Assembly: GCF_009914755.1 (NCBI RefSeq)
Contig: NC_060947.1
Length of the DNA: 64,000 nucleotides
Reading direction: 5' to 3' (one strand)
Source of the DNA: the human T2T-CHM13v2.0 reference genome, Homo sapiens
The first letter of the stretch is position 1. Each line of letters opens with the position of its first letter. The position numbers and the translations under genes are program-made. Below, piece after piece: positions 13,371 through 27,044 of the stretch. The notes under the pieces were generated by a model that worked only from the letters and a program-made list of their open reading frames with translations, was not told the origin of the DNA and searched no databases.

Positions 13371-14770
13371 CAAGTCCACTCAAACTTTTAAAATTACTTT
13401 TTAGAGTGTACTGAAGTCTCCTGTATCCATTAGGAAAATAATATGACTAATTATTTTGCACTGATTATAATTCAATCAAACAGATATGCCTTGATTCCTT
13501 GTCATCTTTTGCTCTCACCAAAATGTAAGCCCCTTCAACCACCTACACTTTTTGCTGTTTCTTCTCCCCTCACCCTAATGCCCACTGATTCTCTCCATTC
13601 CGAAATATTTCACACTGTCTTGTGGTGCCTCATTTCTTGGTTAAAAATGCAAATAATCATTAACTAATCACTGGACATGGTCTCCAACTGTTCTCTTAAA
13701 TACAGCTTGGCAGTCCCTTGTAGATACAGCTGTCCCAGAACTCTTTCTGGTGGTGGTTGTTCCTTCTCCTAATTCCACAAACACCATGATCACAAGGTGT
13801 TTTTGGTCACATTTTTTTTCTCAGTGCTTCATTTGAATATAAGTCCATCTCCGTGTTTAAAAACTCCTCTTTCTTTGAAGTTTCTATCATTTGGTAAGCT
13901 GTACTCTTGCTTAATTGTTCATATTTAGCAACAACTTGGTCCCTTTTCTTCAGTCACTGAAGACTGTGGTAGCTAGCTCAGTCCTATTGCCCAGCCAACA
14001 TCAATGGCGACTTCATTATTTATGTGGAAAGTTATTTTAATACCTCACAATCTTGGTTCTTGGACCTCCTCAACTTCAGTGATTTTCATTTACCACTCAT
14101 ATGGTTATAGAATACAACTTGGCTTTTCAACCTTTGTTTTAAGCTATAGGTCATTATCTCTTGTCTGTCATTGCCTTCTTGTACTTGCCTCCTTTCTATC
14201 CAGTATAGACTACTTAAAGCGTAACTGCAATCATACCCTTACCAATACTTTCAACTTTCCAGCCACTTTATTCTAAGTCTCTGGCAAAAATAAAAACCCA
14301 GATAAATACACTGTCTGTCTTTTTTTATTATAATATCCACACTAATGAACCCCACTGGAAATTCTCAAATAAGATGTAGTCTTGGTCTTTAACCACAGCT
14401 GGCCCTATGAACTGGCTTGCAAACTTGCTTCCTTAGCTAAGCTGTAATATCCTTCATTTTAGGCCTCTGATGTTGTTGGGTATTAACTTAAAATCCATTC
14501 ATCCTTTCTCATAGTCTCCTTTATATAAATACACAGTCCCCAAAAGAGATGCTACTGTAACTGGTCACATTTGAGGTCATTAACTGGGCCATTTTCTTTT
14601 TGTGTGTGAAAAACATTTATTCTGAGAATCTAAAATCTGGACAAAGAGTATTGGACTTTAGAAAAAGGCTGAACCCATGTATTCTTTCTACTGAGGACAC
14701 AGTGCCACAAACAAGTCTCCTGTTTAGCATTTTGTTTTGTTTTGTTTTTGGTTGTTTGTTTTTCTGACAC

Positions 14771-15141
14771 CATCTTAGTCAGTTCAGGCTGCCATGACAG
14801 AATACCATAGATTGAGTGGCTTAAACAACAAATATTTATTTTTCAGAGTCCTGAAGCTAGAAGTCTGAGATCAAGGTGCCACCATTGTCAGGTTCTTGGT
14901 GAGGGTTCTCCCTTTTATAACAGACAGTTGCCTTCTCACTGTATCCTTACATGTCGAAGAGAGAAACCTCTGGTCCCTTCATTTCTTTAAAAGAGCACTA
15001 ATCTACTCAGGGGACATCCACCCTCACGACTTAGTCAAACCCTAATTACTATCAAAGGCCCTGCCTCCAAAGACCATTACTTTGGGGATTACGGTTTCAG
15101 CATATAAATTTTGAGAGGACACAAAGACTCAGTCCATAGCA
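14771..15141 (-). mobile_element. MLT1A-like MaLR solo LTR inserted in the MER21 LTR, 5-bp TSD GACAC
   Basis: TCTTAGTCAGTTCAGGCTGCCATGACAGAATACCATAGATTGAGTGGCTTAAACAACA...CAGTCCATAGCA; GACAC at 14766-14770 and 15142-15146. Confidence 0.85.
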
Positions 15142-16544
15142 GACACCGCATACATTGTCATTCTAAAAATTATCAATTCTTTGACCCTAATTAATTGGGT
15201 GTCCCAAAATTCAAATGAATTATGACACTAAGCACTCAGAGTTTATACAGACCCCACAAGTTACGGACAAAGTCTTTTGATTCTGATAGCAACTACTTAA
15301 ACGCAGAACCCACAAGGAAAGGGTTCAGTCCCAGAGGATTGCCCTTACTTCTGATGCCCGTCACAAGTCTTCGGGGCCACCTAGACTTCTAGATCAATCA
15401 ACTTGAAATTTAAGAATTCCTGGAACCCACTCCTCCACTTTGATAATTTACTAGAATAATTCAGGAACTCAGAATAATAGTATAATACTACTATACTTAT
15501 GATTATAGTAATATCATCAAGGATAAAACTCAGAAACAGCCAAATGGAAAAGATGCATAGGGCAAAGTATGGAGGGGTGGGGCTAAAAGGGTACAGAGCT
15601 TCCATGCTGTCTCCAGGCATACCACCTTCCCAGGACATTGATGTGCTCACCAACCCAGAAGCTCTCCAAACTTTACTGTTCAAGAATATTTAATGAAGTA
15701 TGTAGGCATGATTGATTAAATCATTGGCGATTGGTGACTGAACTCAATCATCAGGTCCCCTCCACCCCAGATGTTGGGGGTACAATGAGTCTAAAAGTTC
15801 CAACTCTCCAATCATGTGCTTGGTTCCAATGGCAAGCAGCCCTATTCTGAAGCTACCTAGAAGCCACTGAGAGTGACCTTATTTGCGTAAACTCAGGTTT
15901 AACGGAAGTCCTTCCTATCACTCAGGAAATTCCAAGGGTTTGAAGAGCTCAGGAACCAGGATCAAAGACCAAGTGTGCATTTTTTATTATAGCACAGGCA
16001 ACACCCTGGCCTGTGACCACAGATGCCTTATGAGAAAAGATTTATAAACATCAAAAATTACTGGCACATTAGGAGTCTATTCCATCATTAATAATTAGAC
16101 CAATCCATCTTAATATTGTATAAAATTGCCTACTAGGGCAGGGAATTCAAGTTTGCGGGCTTTCATTTGATATTGAGAGATTCAAAAAGCAGAAGTAGTC
16201 TCAGTGATATATGGCTTCACCCTTTCAGGCATCTGGTATAAATGAGCTAAGAGACAGTATCATCTTTTGCTTTGTGCCTTTTTCAAAGTGTTAATCTAAT
16301 ATTGAATTTATTTTATCACACATCCCATTTATTTATTCACTTACCCTCAGCTACTGTTCTTCCTTTTCTCCATTTGTACCCAGAATTTTCTACCTTTGGA
16401 AGGGATACTACGTTTGATCACTGTGCTGGTCTTGATTGCCAGCAGCAATACTATTCTAAGCAAGTACCTTCCCATCAATCCACTCCCACTTCAATAGGTT
16501 ACATTTATATTGGGATAGAGCTAGTATTAAAAACCACAGGATTC

Positions 16545-17125
16545 TAGGCTCCCCATATAATGGAAATTAACACAGGGCCAAGCAGTTTTCCCAGACAAGG
16601 CTTCTGGGTTTTGTGCTTGAGGGCAAGGGAAACAGAGGGGGTGCAAAGATTCCCCAGTTGGTTCTCTGAAACGAGCCTATAGGGATTTTTTTTTATTAGG
16701 AAAAGAAAGGAATTTATATCAAGGATAGGGTATGCAGGCTAGGCTGGGCAAAGCACATAAGAGAAAGGGTATGTGGGTCAGCATATCCTGTTGTGATGGT
16801 TATCTTGAGTAACGGGCCACCTAATGGTGTGGCTAGTGGCAACAAGGTTGTAAATCAATTGTTCAGCATTCCTACCAGAGGTGGGGCACTCTGCAATCTT
16901 AGTTGGATATTTGGATCCCCTAAGGCCAGTTTCTGAAACTTTTTCAGTAAAAGGCATGGCTAAATACTATGAGAGCACAAAAGAATGTTTATTTTATTTG
17001 TATGACTAAAGCCTCCAGGATAGCGGGTATAGTGTCAGAGAGGTAATGACATGGGTTTTGTGATCAGTGGGACAAAAGAAAAAGAAATTTGAAAAAGGAG
17101 CCAAATCCCACTCCTATACTGTCCC
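16545..17125. mobile_element. Probable additional ERV solo LTR (family not identified)
   Basis: Abrupt change to G-rich, LTR-like sequence inside the MER21 internal region (GGCCAAGCAGTTTTCCCAGACAAGGC...AAATCAATTGTTCAGCATTCC). Family not recognised with certainty. Confidence 0.4.
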
Positions 17126-17174
17126 ACTCGTAGGCTATTTTTATCACTAGGCAATATACCTGCACTCACTGTAA

Positions 17175-17509
17175 CAGGTGTCCCCAACCCCTTGACCATG
17201 GACCCAGTAGAGGTCCAGCCTGTTAGGAACCAGGCCATGCAGCAGAAGGTGAGTGGAGGGCCAGCATTTCTGCCTGAGCTCCACCTCCTGTCAGATCAGT
17301 GGTAACATTAGATTCTCACAGGAGCATGAACCCTATTATGAACTGCACACATGAGGGATCTAGATTGTGTGCTCCTGTGAGAATCTAACTAATGGCTGAT
17401 TGTCTGAGGTAGAACAGCTTCATCTTAAAACCATGTCCCCCACCTCAGTCCATGGAAAAATTTTATTCCACAAAACTGGTCCCTGGTGCCAAAAGGTTGG
17501 GGACTGCTG
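17175..17509. mobile_element. MER1B hAT-Charlie MITE
   Basis: TIRs CAGGTGTCCCCAACC / GGTTGGGGACTGCTG; 8-bp TSD CACTGTAA (17167-17174) / CACTATAA (17510-17517); internal inverted repeat TTAGATTCTCACAGGAGCA...TGCTCCTGTGAGAATCTAA. Confidence 0.92.
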
Positions 17510-17652
17510 CACTATAAATCCCAATTTTGCCAGAAGGGGTCAAAGCATAAGCTGCCCCATAAGGCCCTTAGGAATTCTGACATAAATTGTTTAAAAATAA
17601 ATAGGTAAAACAGAAACAATAACCACTTTATATAAATCCTGTTCAAACATAT

Positions 17653-19907
17653 TGTATTAGTCTGTTTTCACACTGCTGAAAAAGACATACCCAAAACTGG
17701 GTAATTTATAAAGAAAAAGATGTTTAATGGACTCACAGTTCCACGTGGCTGGAGAGGCCTCACAATCATGACAGAAGGTGAAAGGCATGTCTTACATGGT
17801 GGCAGACAAGAGACAGTGAGAGCCAAGCAAAAGGGGAAAGCCCTTATAAAACCATCAGATCTCATGATACCTATTGACTACCACAAGAAGAGTATGGGGG
17901 AAACTGGCCCCATGATTCTATTATCTCCCACTGGGTCCTTCCCACAGCATGTGGGAAATATGAGCAGTCTTATTCAAGATGAGATTTGGGTAGGGACACA
18001 GCCAAACCATATCATTTCATCCTTGGCCCCTCCAAAATCTCATACCCTCACATTTCAAAACCAATCATGCCTTCCCAGCAGTCTCCCAAAGTTTTAACTC
18101 ATTTCAGCATTAATTCAAAAGTCCATAGTCCAAAGTCTCATCTGAGAGAAAGCAAGTCCCTTTTGCCTATGAGCCCATAAAATCAAAAGCATGCTAGTTA
18201 CTTCCTAGATACTTTGGGGGTCCAGGTATTGGGTAAATACACCCATTCCAAATGGGAGAAATTGGTCAAATCCAAGGGGCTAAAGGTCCCATGAAAGTCC
18301 AAAATCTAGTAGGGCAGTCAAATCTTAAAGCTCCAAAATGATCTCCTTTGACTCCATGTCTTACATTCACATCACGCTGATGCAATAAGTGGGTTCCCAA
18401 GGTCTTGGGCAGCTCTGTCCCATGGCTTTGCAGGGTACGGCCAGCCCTCCCAGCTGTTTTCACAGGCTGGTGTTGTCTGTGGCCCTTTTCTCACAGCTCC
18501 ACTAGGCAGTGCACGAGTGGGGACTCTATGTGGGGACTTGTATTTCACATTTTCCTTCCACACTGCCATAGCAGAGGTTCTTCATGAGGGCCCTTCCCCT
18601 GCAGCAAACTTTGGCCTGGATGCCCAGCCATTTCCATACATCCTCTGAAATCGAGGTGGAGGTTGCCTAACCTCAATTCTTGACTTCTGTGCACCCCCAG
18701 GCTCAACACCATGTGTAAGCTGGCAAAACTTGGGGCTTGCAACCTCTGAAGCCATGGCCCAAGCTGTACTTTGGCCCCTTTTAGCCATGGTTAGAGTGGC
18801 TCAGACATAGGGCACCAAGTCTCTAGGCTGCACATAGCAGGGGAACCCTGGGCCCAGTCCAGGAAGCCATTTTTTTCTCCTAGGCCTCCAGACCTGTGAT
18901 GGGAGGGGCTGCTGCAAGGAGCCCCTTGACATACCTTGGAGACATTTCCCCCCTTGTCTTGGGGATTAACATTTGGCTCCTTGTTACTTATGCAAATTTC
19001 TGCAGCTGGCTTGAATTTCTCCTCAGAAAATGGGTTTTTCTTTTCCTCACATTGTCAGGCTGCAAATTTTCCAAACTTTTATGCTCTGTTTCCCTTTTAA
19101 AACTGAATGATTTTAACAGCATCCAAGTCACCTCTTGAATGCTTTGCTGCTTAGAAATTTCTTCCACCAGATACCCTAAATCATCTCCCTCAAGTTTAAA
19201 GTTCCACAAATCTCTAGGGCAGGGGCAAAATGCTGCCAGTCTCTTTGCTAAAACATAGCAAGGGTCACCTTCACTCCATTTTCCAACAAGTTTCTTATCT
19301 CCATCTGAGACCACCTCAGCTTGGATTTTGTTGTTCATATCACTATCAGCATTTTGGTCAAAACTATTCAACAAGTCTCTAGGAAGTTCCAAACTTTCCC
19401 ACATTTTCTTGTCTTCTTCTGAACCCTCCAAACTGTTCCAACCTCTGTCTCTTACCTAGTGCCAAAGTCACTTCCACATTTTCGGGTATCTTTATGGCAG
19501 CACCCCACTCTACCAGTACCAATTTACTGTATTAGTCTGTTTTCATGCTGCTGATAAAGACATACTTAAGACTGGGCAATTTATAAAGAAAAAAAAGGTC
19601 TAATGGACTCACACTTCCATGTGGCTGGGGAGACCTCACAATCATGGTATAAGTCAAAGGCACATCTTACATGGCGGCAGAAAAGAGAGATTGAGAGCCA
19701 AGTGAAAGGGGAAACCCCCTATAAAACCATCAGGTCTCATGAGACTTATTCACTATCACGAGAACAGTATGGGGGGAACTGCCCCCATAATTCAATTATC
19801 TCCCACCAGGTCATATTCATCAACTGGGTCCCTCCCACAACTTGTGGGAATTATGAGAGATACAACTCAAGATGAGATTTGGCTGGGGACAAAACCAAAC
19901 CATATCA
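17653..19907 (-). mobile_element. Full-length THE1 (THE1B/C-like) MaLR provirus: LTRs 17653-18014 and 19528-19907, 5-bp TSD CATAT
   Basis: Both LTRs read TGTATTAGTCTGTTTTCA...AAACCATATCA; CATAT at 17648-17652 and 19908-19912. Internal ORF 18988-19431 is homologous to ORF 348-692. Confidence 0.95.
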
Positions 19908-20951
19908 CATATCAATTTTCAACTAAACTTTCACTTTAATTCCATCAACACATACATCCCTAACTTGAGTCTCCATTAAGGCTTTATCAAACAGGTTTCA
20001 GTTTCATAGTATAAGGTAGAGGAAGTGTTTCTCAGTCACACATAATAGCTATTCCCATAAAACATTCAAGTAAAGGAAATACGACTCCTTCACATAAAGT
20101 CATGTTAACCATTGTTCAACTTAACCAATGGATTTTGGTACCAGGGTATATGAGGTTCCCATGTCCCAGAATAACAAAATTTTCTCTTTTCCACTTTCTT
20201 ACCATTTTACTTACTCATGTACATAAGGCTTTGGGGACCTCACCGAGAGGTCAAGCCAAGGGACTCTGGCCCTTTAGTCAATCTTTACCTTTAATCTGCC
20301 TGACTGTTGCCTCTGGCAATTTCAGGATGGGTTTTTCCTTATAATCTTTGCCTTCCAGATTTTTTAATTCCTCCAAACTGAGGTAAATAAAGCAGAATTG
20401 TTTGGGGTCCTTTAATGTTGGGCTCCCATTAGTCCACTCAGTCTTCTACAGTGCTGTGTTAAGATTTTTGTTTCAATCCTATCAATGTCCTTCTTATTCA
20501 TCCCATTTATTAATAATCATCTAAAAATTTCCATCCCGCTGGAATGAGTCCCTTGACTCTTTCCTCTGCTTACCTCCATTCTGTCCTTAATTAATATATT
20601 TTTATTAGTATCTGTCAGACCCATAAGCAAAACTTGAAACGGAAAATGCAACAAGGCTTCCCAGAATGTTGCTCAGTTTTGCAGCAGTAAGATTACATGG
20701 GGTTTTCAGACAAAAGGGACCCTCATAATCACAGCATTTTTCATGATCTGGGTAACAAGAATATCCAGTGGACGAATATCCCTATTATCATAAAGCCAGT
20801 CTTACATGGCTTTCATATCAGCTGCTTTATCTGGAATGTTCCACTTGGAATTTATAGTGGGAATCAGACAGCCCCTTTCTCAGGGTAAACAGGATTTACA
20901 GTGGCTTTTATACAGTCCATAAGACTTACTGCTCCCTCAAGAATAACCTGC

Positions 20952-21460
20952 TGTATTAGTTTGCTAGTGTTGCCATAACAAAATAACACAGAAAAGGTGA
21001 TTTATACGCAGAAATTTATTATTGCACTGATCTAGAGACTGTAATTTCAAGATCAAGGTACTAGCCAAGTTTGATTTCTTCTGAGGCCTCTCTCCTTGGC
21101 TTGTATATGGTTGCCTCCTCATTGTGTCCTCACATGGTCTTTTCTCTTCCTTGGTACATTTGATGTCTTTCTTTGCCTAAATTTTCTCTTCTTATGCCAC
21201 TCATTTTGGATTGAGGCCCATGCGTATGATCTCATTTAACCTCAATTATCTCTTTAATGGCTCCACCTCCAAATACAGTCACATTCTGAAGTATTGGGGG
21301 GTTAGGGCTTCAACATTTTAGTTTTGTGTGAAAACAATTCAGCCTATAGCACTCTGCCCTTTGGGCCCTCCAAATTCATGTCTTTCTCACATGCAAAATA
21401 CATTTGCACCCTCTCCCCTCATCTCAATAGCCAAAAAGTCTTAATTCATTCCAAGATCAA
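20952..21460 (-). mobile_element. MLT1B-like LTR (20952-21351) plus a short MLT-internal fragment
   Basis: TGTATTAGTTTGCTAGTGTTGCCATAACAAAAT...CCAAATACAGTCACATTCTGAAGTATTGGGGG...CAGCCTATAGCA, then CCCTCCAAATTCATGTCTTTCTCACATGCAAAATACATT. Confidence 0.8.
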
Positions 21461-22639
21461 AGGTTCCTCATCCTTTCTTGTCTCAAACCATGTTTCCATG
21501 GGTCAGGCCCCTTTTAGCAATCTGAGGTTTTCTAGCAATGAATGGTTTTTTTTTTCCTGACACCAAATATGTTGTTATTCAAACAAAATTTTCAATTCTC
21601 TGACACCACCTGGCTTTCCCAGAATTCAGTTGAATTCTGACACTAACTACCTAGAGTTACCATAGACCCTACAACTCAAGGCTTCAGTGCTTCAAGACTG
21701 GCCTTATTTCAAATGCCAATTGCAAGTCCCAGGGGCCACCTTACTTCAGACCAAACAGACTATAAATGTAGGGGTTCCTTTCACCCCTTCATATTTGATA
21801 ATCTGCTAGAATGACTCACAAAACAATGAAAAGTGCTATACTTATGATTAAAGTATTATTATTATGGCTGCAACTCAAGAATCACCAAATAGAAGAAATG
21901 CATTGAGCTAGTATGGAGGAGTAGAGGTGTGAAGAGTTTCCATGCCCTCTCTTAGACGTGCCACCATCTCAGCACATCATTATGTTCACCAACCCAAAAG
22001 CTTGCCAAATTTTGCTGTTCAAGAGTATTTAAGAAGGTTTTATTATGTAGGCATGATTGATTAAATCATTGGCCACTGGTGATTGAACAAAATCTCCAGC
22101 CTTTTTTTCTTCCCTGGACAGGGTATGGATGGTGAGGCTGAAAGTTTCCATTTCTAATCATGTGTTTGGTTCCTCTGGCAACCAGCTACTATCTTGAAGC
22201 TATCTTAGGACCACTAGGAGTCACTTCTTTTGCATAAACTCAGGTATGGTAAAAAGGTGTTTGTGGTAAATAACAAAAGACATTTGTATCACTCAGGATA
22301 TTCCAATATTTTGAGGAATTCTGTGGTAAGAACTAGTGAAAATGACTAAATATGTATATATATATATATCTCTATATAATATAACCTATTTATTATCTAC
22401 GTATATTTATTATATATCATAATATGTATGATATATACATAACATACATATATATTTATTTATTATATGGCAAGTGTAATTAGACATGTTGAAGGATTGG
22501 ACCCCAGATTTGAAGTGTTGTCTCAGTGCTTTACATACGTGTACCCTAAGTAGGCAAGTCCCATAACCCCAATTGTATTTAAAAATATAACTGTGGCAAT
22601 AATTGGGAAAAAGTTAAAGAAAATACCATATATTTGTAA

Positions 22640-23700
22640 GAGAACCAATAATGAGGGTATTTTCATAAATAGTTCAGTGGAGAAATGGTAAGATACTAAA
22701 AGTAGGAATGGACAGGATAAAAATATTTAAAAGATATTTTGGAGGCATAATTTATCTAGATGAGGTACTAGATGTGGATATTGAAGGGTAGTGAAGAGTC
22801 AATGTTAACTCTAGGAGCTCGAGAGGGGAAGAAATAGATGTAATTCAACAAGATGCAGAATGCAGGAGTAAAAATGGATTTTGATTTAAGAGTAAATATA
22901 ATGTGCTTAATTTAAGGTATGCTATGCTTGAAGTACCTCATGAATACTTCTAGTAAATTTGTGTAAGTATATGTATAAAATACAGATCAAGCTGAAAGAC
23001 ACAGATTGCGAAGTTATCTCTGCATAGATTGTATATAAAATCATTTGCATGGTTTAATTTACTTGGAAAAATACAGAGAACAAAAAGAGATGGCCAAACA
23101 TAAGAATTTTGGGAAACATTAGCATGTAACGGTTGGAGAAAAAGAGGTCAGCAAAGAAGATTGGGAAGGTGGAATAGTAGGAGAGTGAAGTTGAAAGTGG
23201 CAACCTGAAAAAAAATGTATGAGAGATGGGACTTTCTGATAGAAATAGTTTTTTAATCAACTGCTCAAGATAGAAGTAGGGAAGTTACTTGAGGTGCCAA
23301 TTGATTTAGCAATTGAGAGGTCATTGGTTTAAAACCAAACAACAAAAAAAGGAAGTTAAGGATGACTTTAACAGTCTCTGTAAAGTAATTGGAACAAAAA
23401 GTACTGTAGTGGATTGGGGAATAAAATAGGGTTGTTAGCTAGAACTGAATGAATACTTTTGAAAAAAATTAGTGATGAGAGAAAAGAGGATCCTAGGGCA
23501 GTATATTAAAGAAATTGCTAGTTTAAGGGAATTAGTAATTTGAGAGAAGCCTTTTCTAAATGGGCAGTCCTGTGTTTTTCTATATGCCAAAGAGAGGAAA
23601 TCAGTTGAAAGGAGGAAATTGAAAGTAAGAAGGCACGACAGTTTAGCAAAAGTTCTGGAGTAGGCTAGAGGGAATCAGAAAAAACATGTTAGGAATAACT
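22640..23700 (-). mobile_element. Highly diverged L2 LINE fragments
   Basis: Purine-rich decayed L2 motifs (ACTAGATGTGGATATTGAAGG; ATTGATTTAGCAATTGAGAGGTCATTGG). Boundaries uncertain. Confidence 0.45.
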
Positions 23701-26255
23701 GTGAAAAGACAGCATTTCTTTCTCACTCCAGATGAAAATAAAGACATTTAAAGAATTTATTACACTTAGTCCATTATATCATGTTATTACTGACAATTTT
23801 CAATTATCTGTTACAGAAAAGAGAAAAGTAAGGGGAATCCAAATTTTAATATAAACATCTGTCTTCCTCATGGTCAACAACAGGTTGAGAAGATGGGCAT
23901 ACAAGAATGGTGGTAAAGATAATCCATAGGGTGGAAAAAATTGTAACCTTTATTAATCAAAGCAGACTTTTAAAAGAAATGAAAGAGAATTGATTGTTTT
24001 GAATTAAGAAACTTAGAATAAGAAACAAACCATATGCAGAAGTCAACCTTTTTGAAAAGCCATTCAGAAGTGTTAAAGTTACATGTGTGCAGTAGTATTC
24101 CAACTTCTAATACATTCCTGTTTTCATAGGTAAAAATCATGTAAAAACGTCTTCAAATAATAAATGAGGCTAATTGTGTTTTATCCTTATCTGGTTGTTT
24201 CCTTCGAAATCCTCAAAATCAAAGAAAGTCCTTAATGTAATTTCTAGAACTGTTAAAGTCCTGCATTAAGTACTTTATATTGAACCGCCAGTGATACACC
24301 TGCACTGAATTACAGGACTGATAGAATCTGGGAGAATGAATCTATGGTACACTGCTATGTCAGCAAACTTGCCATTTGCTGAATAAGAGCCGATAAACAG
24401 CAAAATCAATTTAAACAATCATAACAGTTAATCCATTCTAGGGGTATTACCAACCCTAGAGAGTGGGTAATGTTAGATATTAAAATAAGTGTTAAAGGCT
24501 AGAATGAGAATAGTTACAAACATCTTCCTTGCTTGAACATGTTTCAGGTAGTTTATTTATTTTATTTTTACTGAATTCAGACATTTAAAATAATTATTGA
24601 TAATGTGTTTAGTATCCCTGGTGGAAATCATTGTTATCTTATCTCATACCTATAAGGTATTTCTGATAAGGATTGCAATATAAAGCATGACAAGTCTAAC
24701 TAAGACATTTCATTTTGATTTAAATGCTCCTTTAATTACAACTTCCTCCTGCTCAATTCCAATATAATTTTCATATTAAAGTTTAAAAATACTCTTCAAT
24801 AACTCAAATATTTTTGATTCTTAAATATTTTTAATGTTTACATTTCCTTTAAATCAAGGTTACACAAAAAATAATATCTATTACAGAACAAGCATTTTTG
24901 TAGTATGAAAGGTGTAAGCAAATGGTTGGGTTTAAAAACAAGCCAGTTCTGAGATGTATAACACATTATTAGGTTTATTTAAAGAGTTTCTTTTTTAAAA
25001 AAAAACACAGATAATGTCATGCTTGTATTTGAAATCATGTCATATTATAAATATTGCATAGCTGGAAAACATTACCCACCTTTTCTTTAAATGGAATACA
25101 GCTACACTAAGTGTTAACAAAAGTAGCTCAATGCAGTATATCCTCTTTGAGAGAAGTTAGAAGCAGAATATCTATTCTTTATAAATTGGCAGGAAATAAT
25201 AAAACCAAAAAAATACATTACACTGTTGAGAATAACCTGTTTTATAGGTTTAATATCAATAATTCAACTTGGCATTGGTATTTTTATGTATGTGCATATA
25301 TTTTTTTTCAATTATGAAAGTCAGGATTCCATGGACATTTCAACAATCATGAGTCCAGTAAAACACATGGGAACACCATTCTGTGAGAAATGTAGGAATT
25401 TGTCTCAACATACCAGTCCACTCAGCTGAAGAACTAAGCCAATAGCAGATTGACTATTCCACATGGAATATACAACTATGAGTTATTCTGCTTTGTTCAC
25501 ATTATTTCTAATTCATCCCTCAGCACACAAAAACTCCTTCTTTCTTGTTTATGGCTCCTGTTAACTTCAGAAATACCAAATCATGAAACAGATTAAATGC
25601 TATGAAAATTTATTGTCTTGGAATATTAAGTTCAGCCTTTTGCTCTCACTCTTTGCTCTTTTAGATCTATGGTGTATGTTTGCATCTTTACCTTACAGAT
25701 GCTGGACACGGTGTGCTTCTGTTCATACAGAGCTCAAGTATAATCTGGACACGTATGAATTAATCAACTATCACCAGGGTAATTGGTAAAAGAACAGTGC
25801 CATGGTAAGTGATATAAAAAGGTGTGACATTGGACTGGAAATCAGTATTATTGCAGTAAACATGGCACATAAGGAAAAGTTTAAAAAGATCTAGAAGTGG
25901 TAGAAGGAGAAAGAAAGCCTGATTTTAAATAAATATGGCATCAGAGAGAAATGACGATCTGCCTTCTAGCATGTGTGCAATAAGCTTGTTTCACCAAGTG
26001 AAAATATATTCTTTGAAAACGCTATCGAATATGACTCTAAAACCTTCCTAGGTAATAACAGCACCATTTAGCCACCTTTATCATCTGAAAAGTACTTGTT
26101 CACCAAACTGTCACTCTGTGGTATCTTATCTTAGTTCTTGACACATAACAGATGCTCAGTATATAATTATCAAAATAATCTTCTTATGTTTTCCTAAAAG
26201 AAACATTAGCTTTAACACATAGTCAATCCATGGTCTCACTATGTCCCTTGGCCAC

Positions 26256-26664
26256 TGTTATGGGCTCAACTGTGTCTCCTTACGCCACACACACACACAC
26301 ACAAAAATCAAAGATTGATGTCCTGACCCTCAGTACCACAGATTGTGACCATATTTGCAGATACGGACTATAAAATGGAAATCAGGTCAAAGTGTGGTCA
26401 TTAGGATGGGATGTAATCCAATATGACAGGTGTCCTTATAGGAAAGATATTATGACACAGACACTTAGAGAGGGAAGGATATTTAAAGTCATAGGAAGAA
26501 GATGGCCATCAACCAGCCGAGAAGACAGACCTCAGAGGAAACCAACACTGTGGCCGCCTTTATCTTGGACAATTTGCCTCTAGTAAGGTGAAAAAATAAA
26601 TATCTGTTCTATAAGCCACTCAGACTGAGGTACTTTGTTATAGCAGCCATGGCAAACTGATTCA
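26256..26664 (+). mobile_element. MLT1A/B-like solo LTR containing a short (CA)n
   Basis: TGTTATGGGCTCAACTGTGTCTCC...TAATCCAATATGACAGGTGTCCTTATAGG...AAGCCACTCAG...TTTGTTATAGCAGCC. Confidence 0.82.
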
Positions 26665-27044
26665 GATTTTTTTCAGCTGTGCATAAATTACCAGAAATTC
26701 CCTATTTTCAAATATTTTGTTATAAGGGATAATCATATTTAGGTAAAATTAAGAAATATGACCGAACAGGAACTGACACATACCTGTAGATTATTTTTTA
26801 CCACCCTTTTTGCTACACTCATCCTGATCTCCTTCTCTGTCCAGACTCACAGATGCTCGTGTACTCACAATAGACTTGGAAACATTGGTGAGAGTTAAGG
26901 CAAAAAGTTGCTAAAACCTACAAAAGAGGCCTCCCAGAAATTAAAAAGAATGAATTAGCTGTGTACATAGCAAGACACAAGAATTTTCAAGACAGTGTTT
27001 AGTAAAAAATTAAAAAAATACAGTGATATTGCATAGCAAGAGAC

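Larger units (their letters stand above)
14703..22472 (-). mobile_element. Decayed MER21-type LTR retrovirus: LTR ~14703-15995, internal region, LTR ~21520-22472, with nested insertions
   Basis: Two homologous ~0.9-kb blocks share GGGGCCACCT, TTTGATAAT..CTAGAAT, CTATACTTATGATTA, CACCAACCCA.AAGCT, TGTAGGCATGATTGATTAAATCATTGGC and TAAACTCAGGT. A PPT-like segment adjoins the left LTR on the minus strand. Left boundaries are approximate. Confidence 0.7.

Noticed and set aside
17308-17388. 19-bp perfect inverted repeat as a miRNA-like hairpin
   Set aside because: It is the intrinsic internal palindrome of MER1 elements; nothing in the sequence supports processing.
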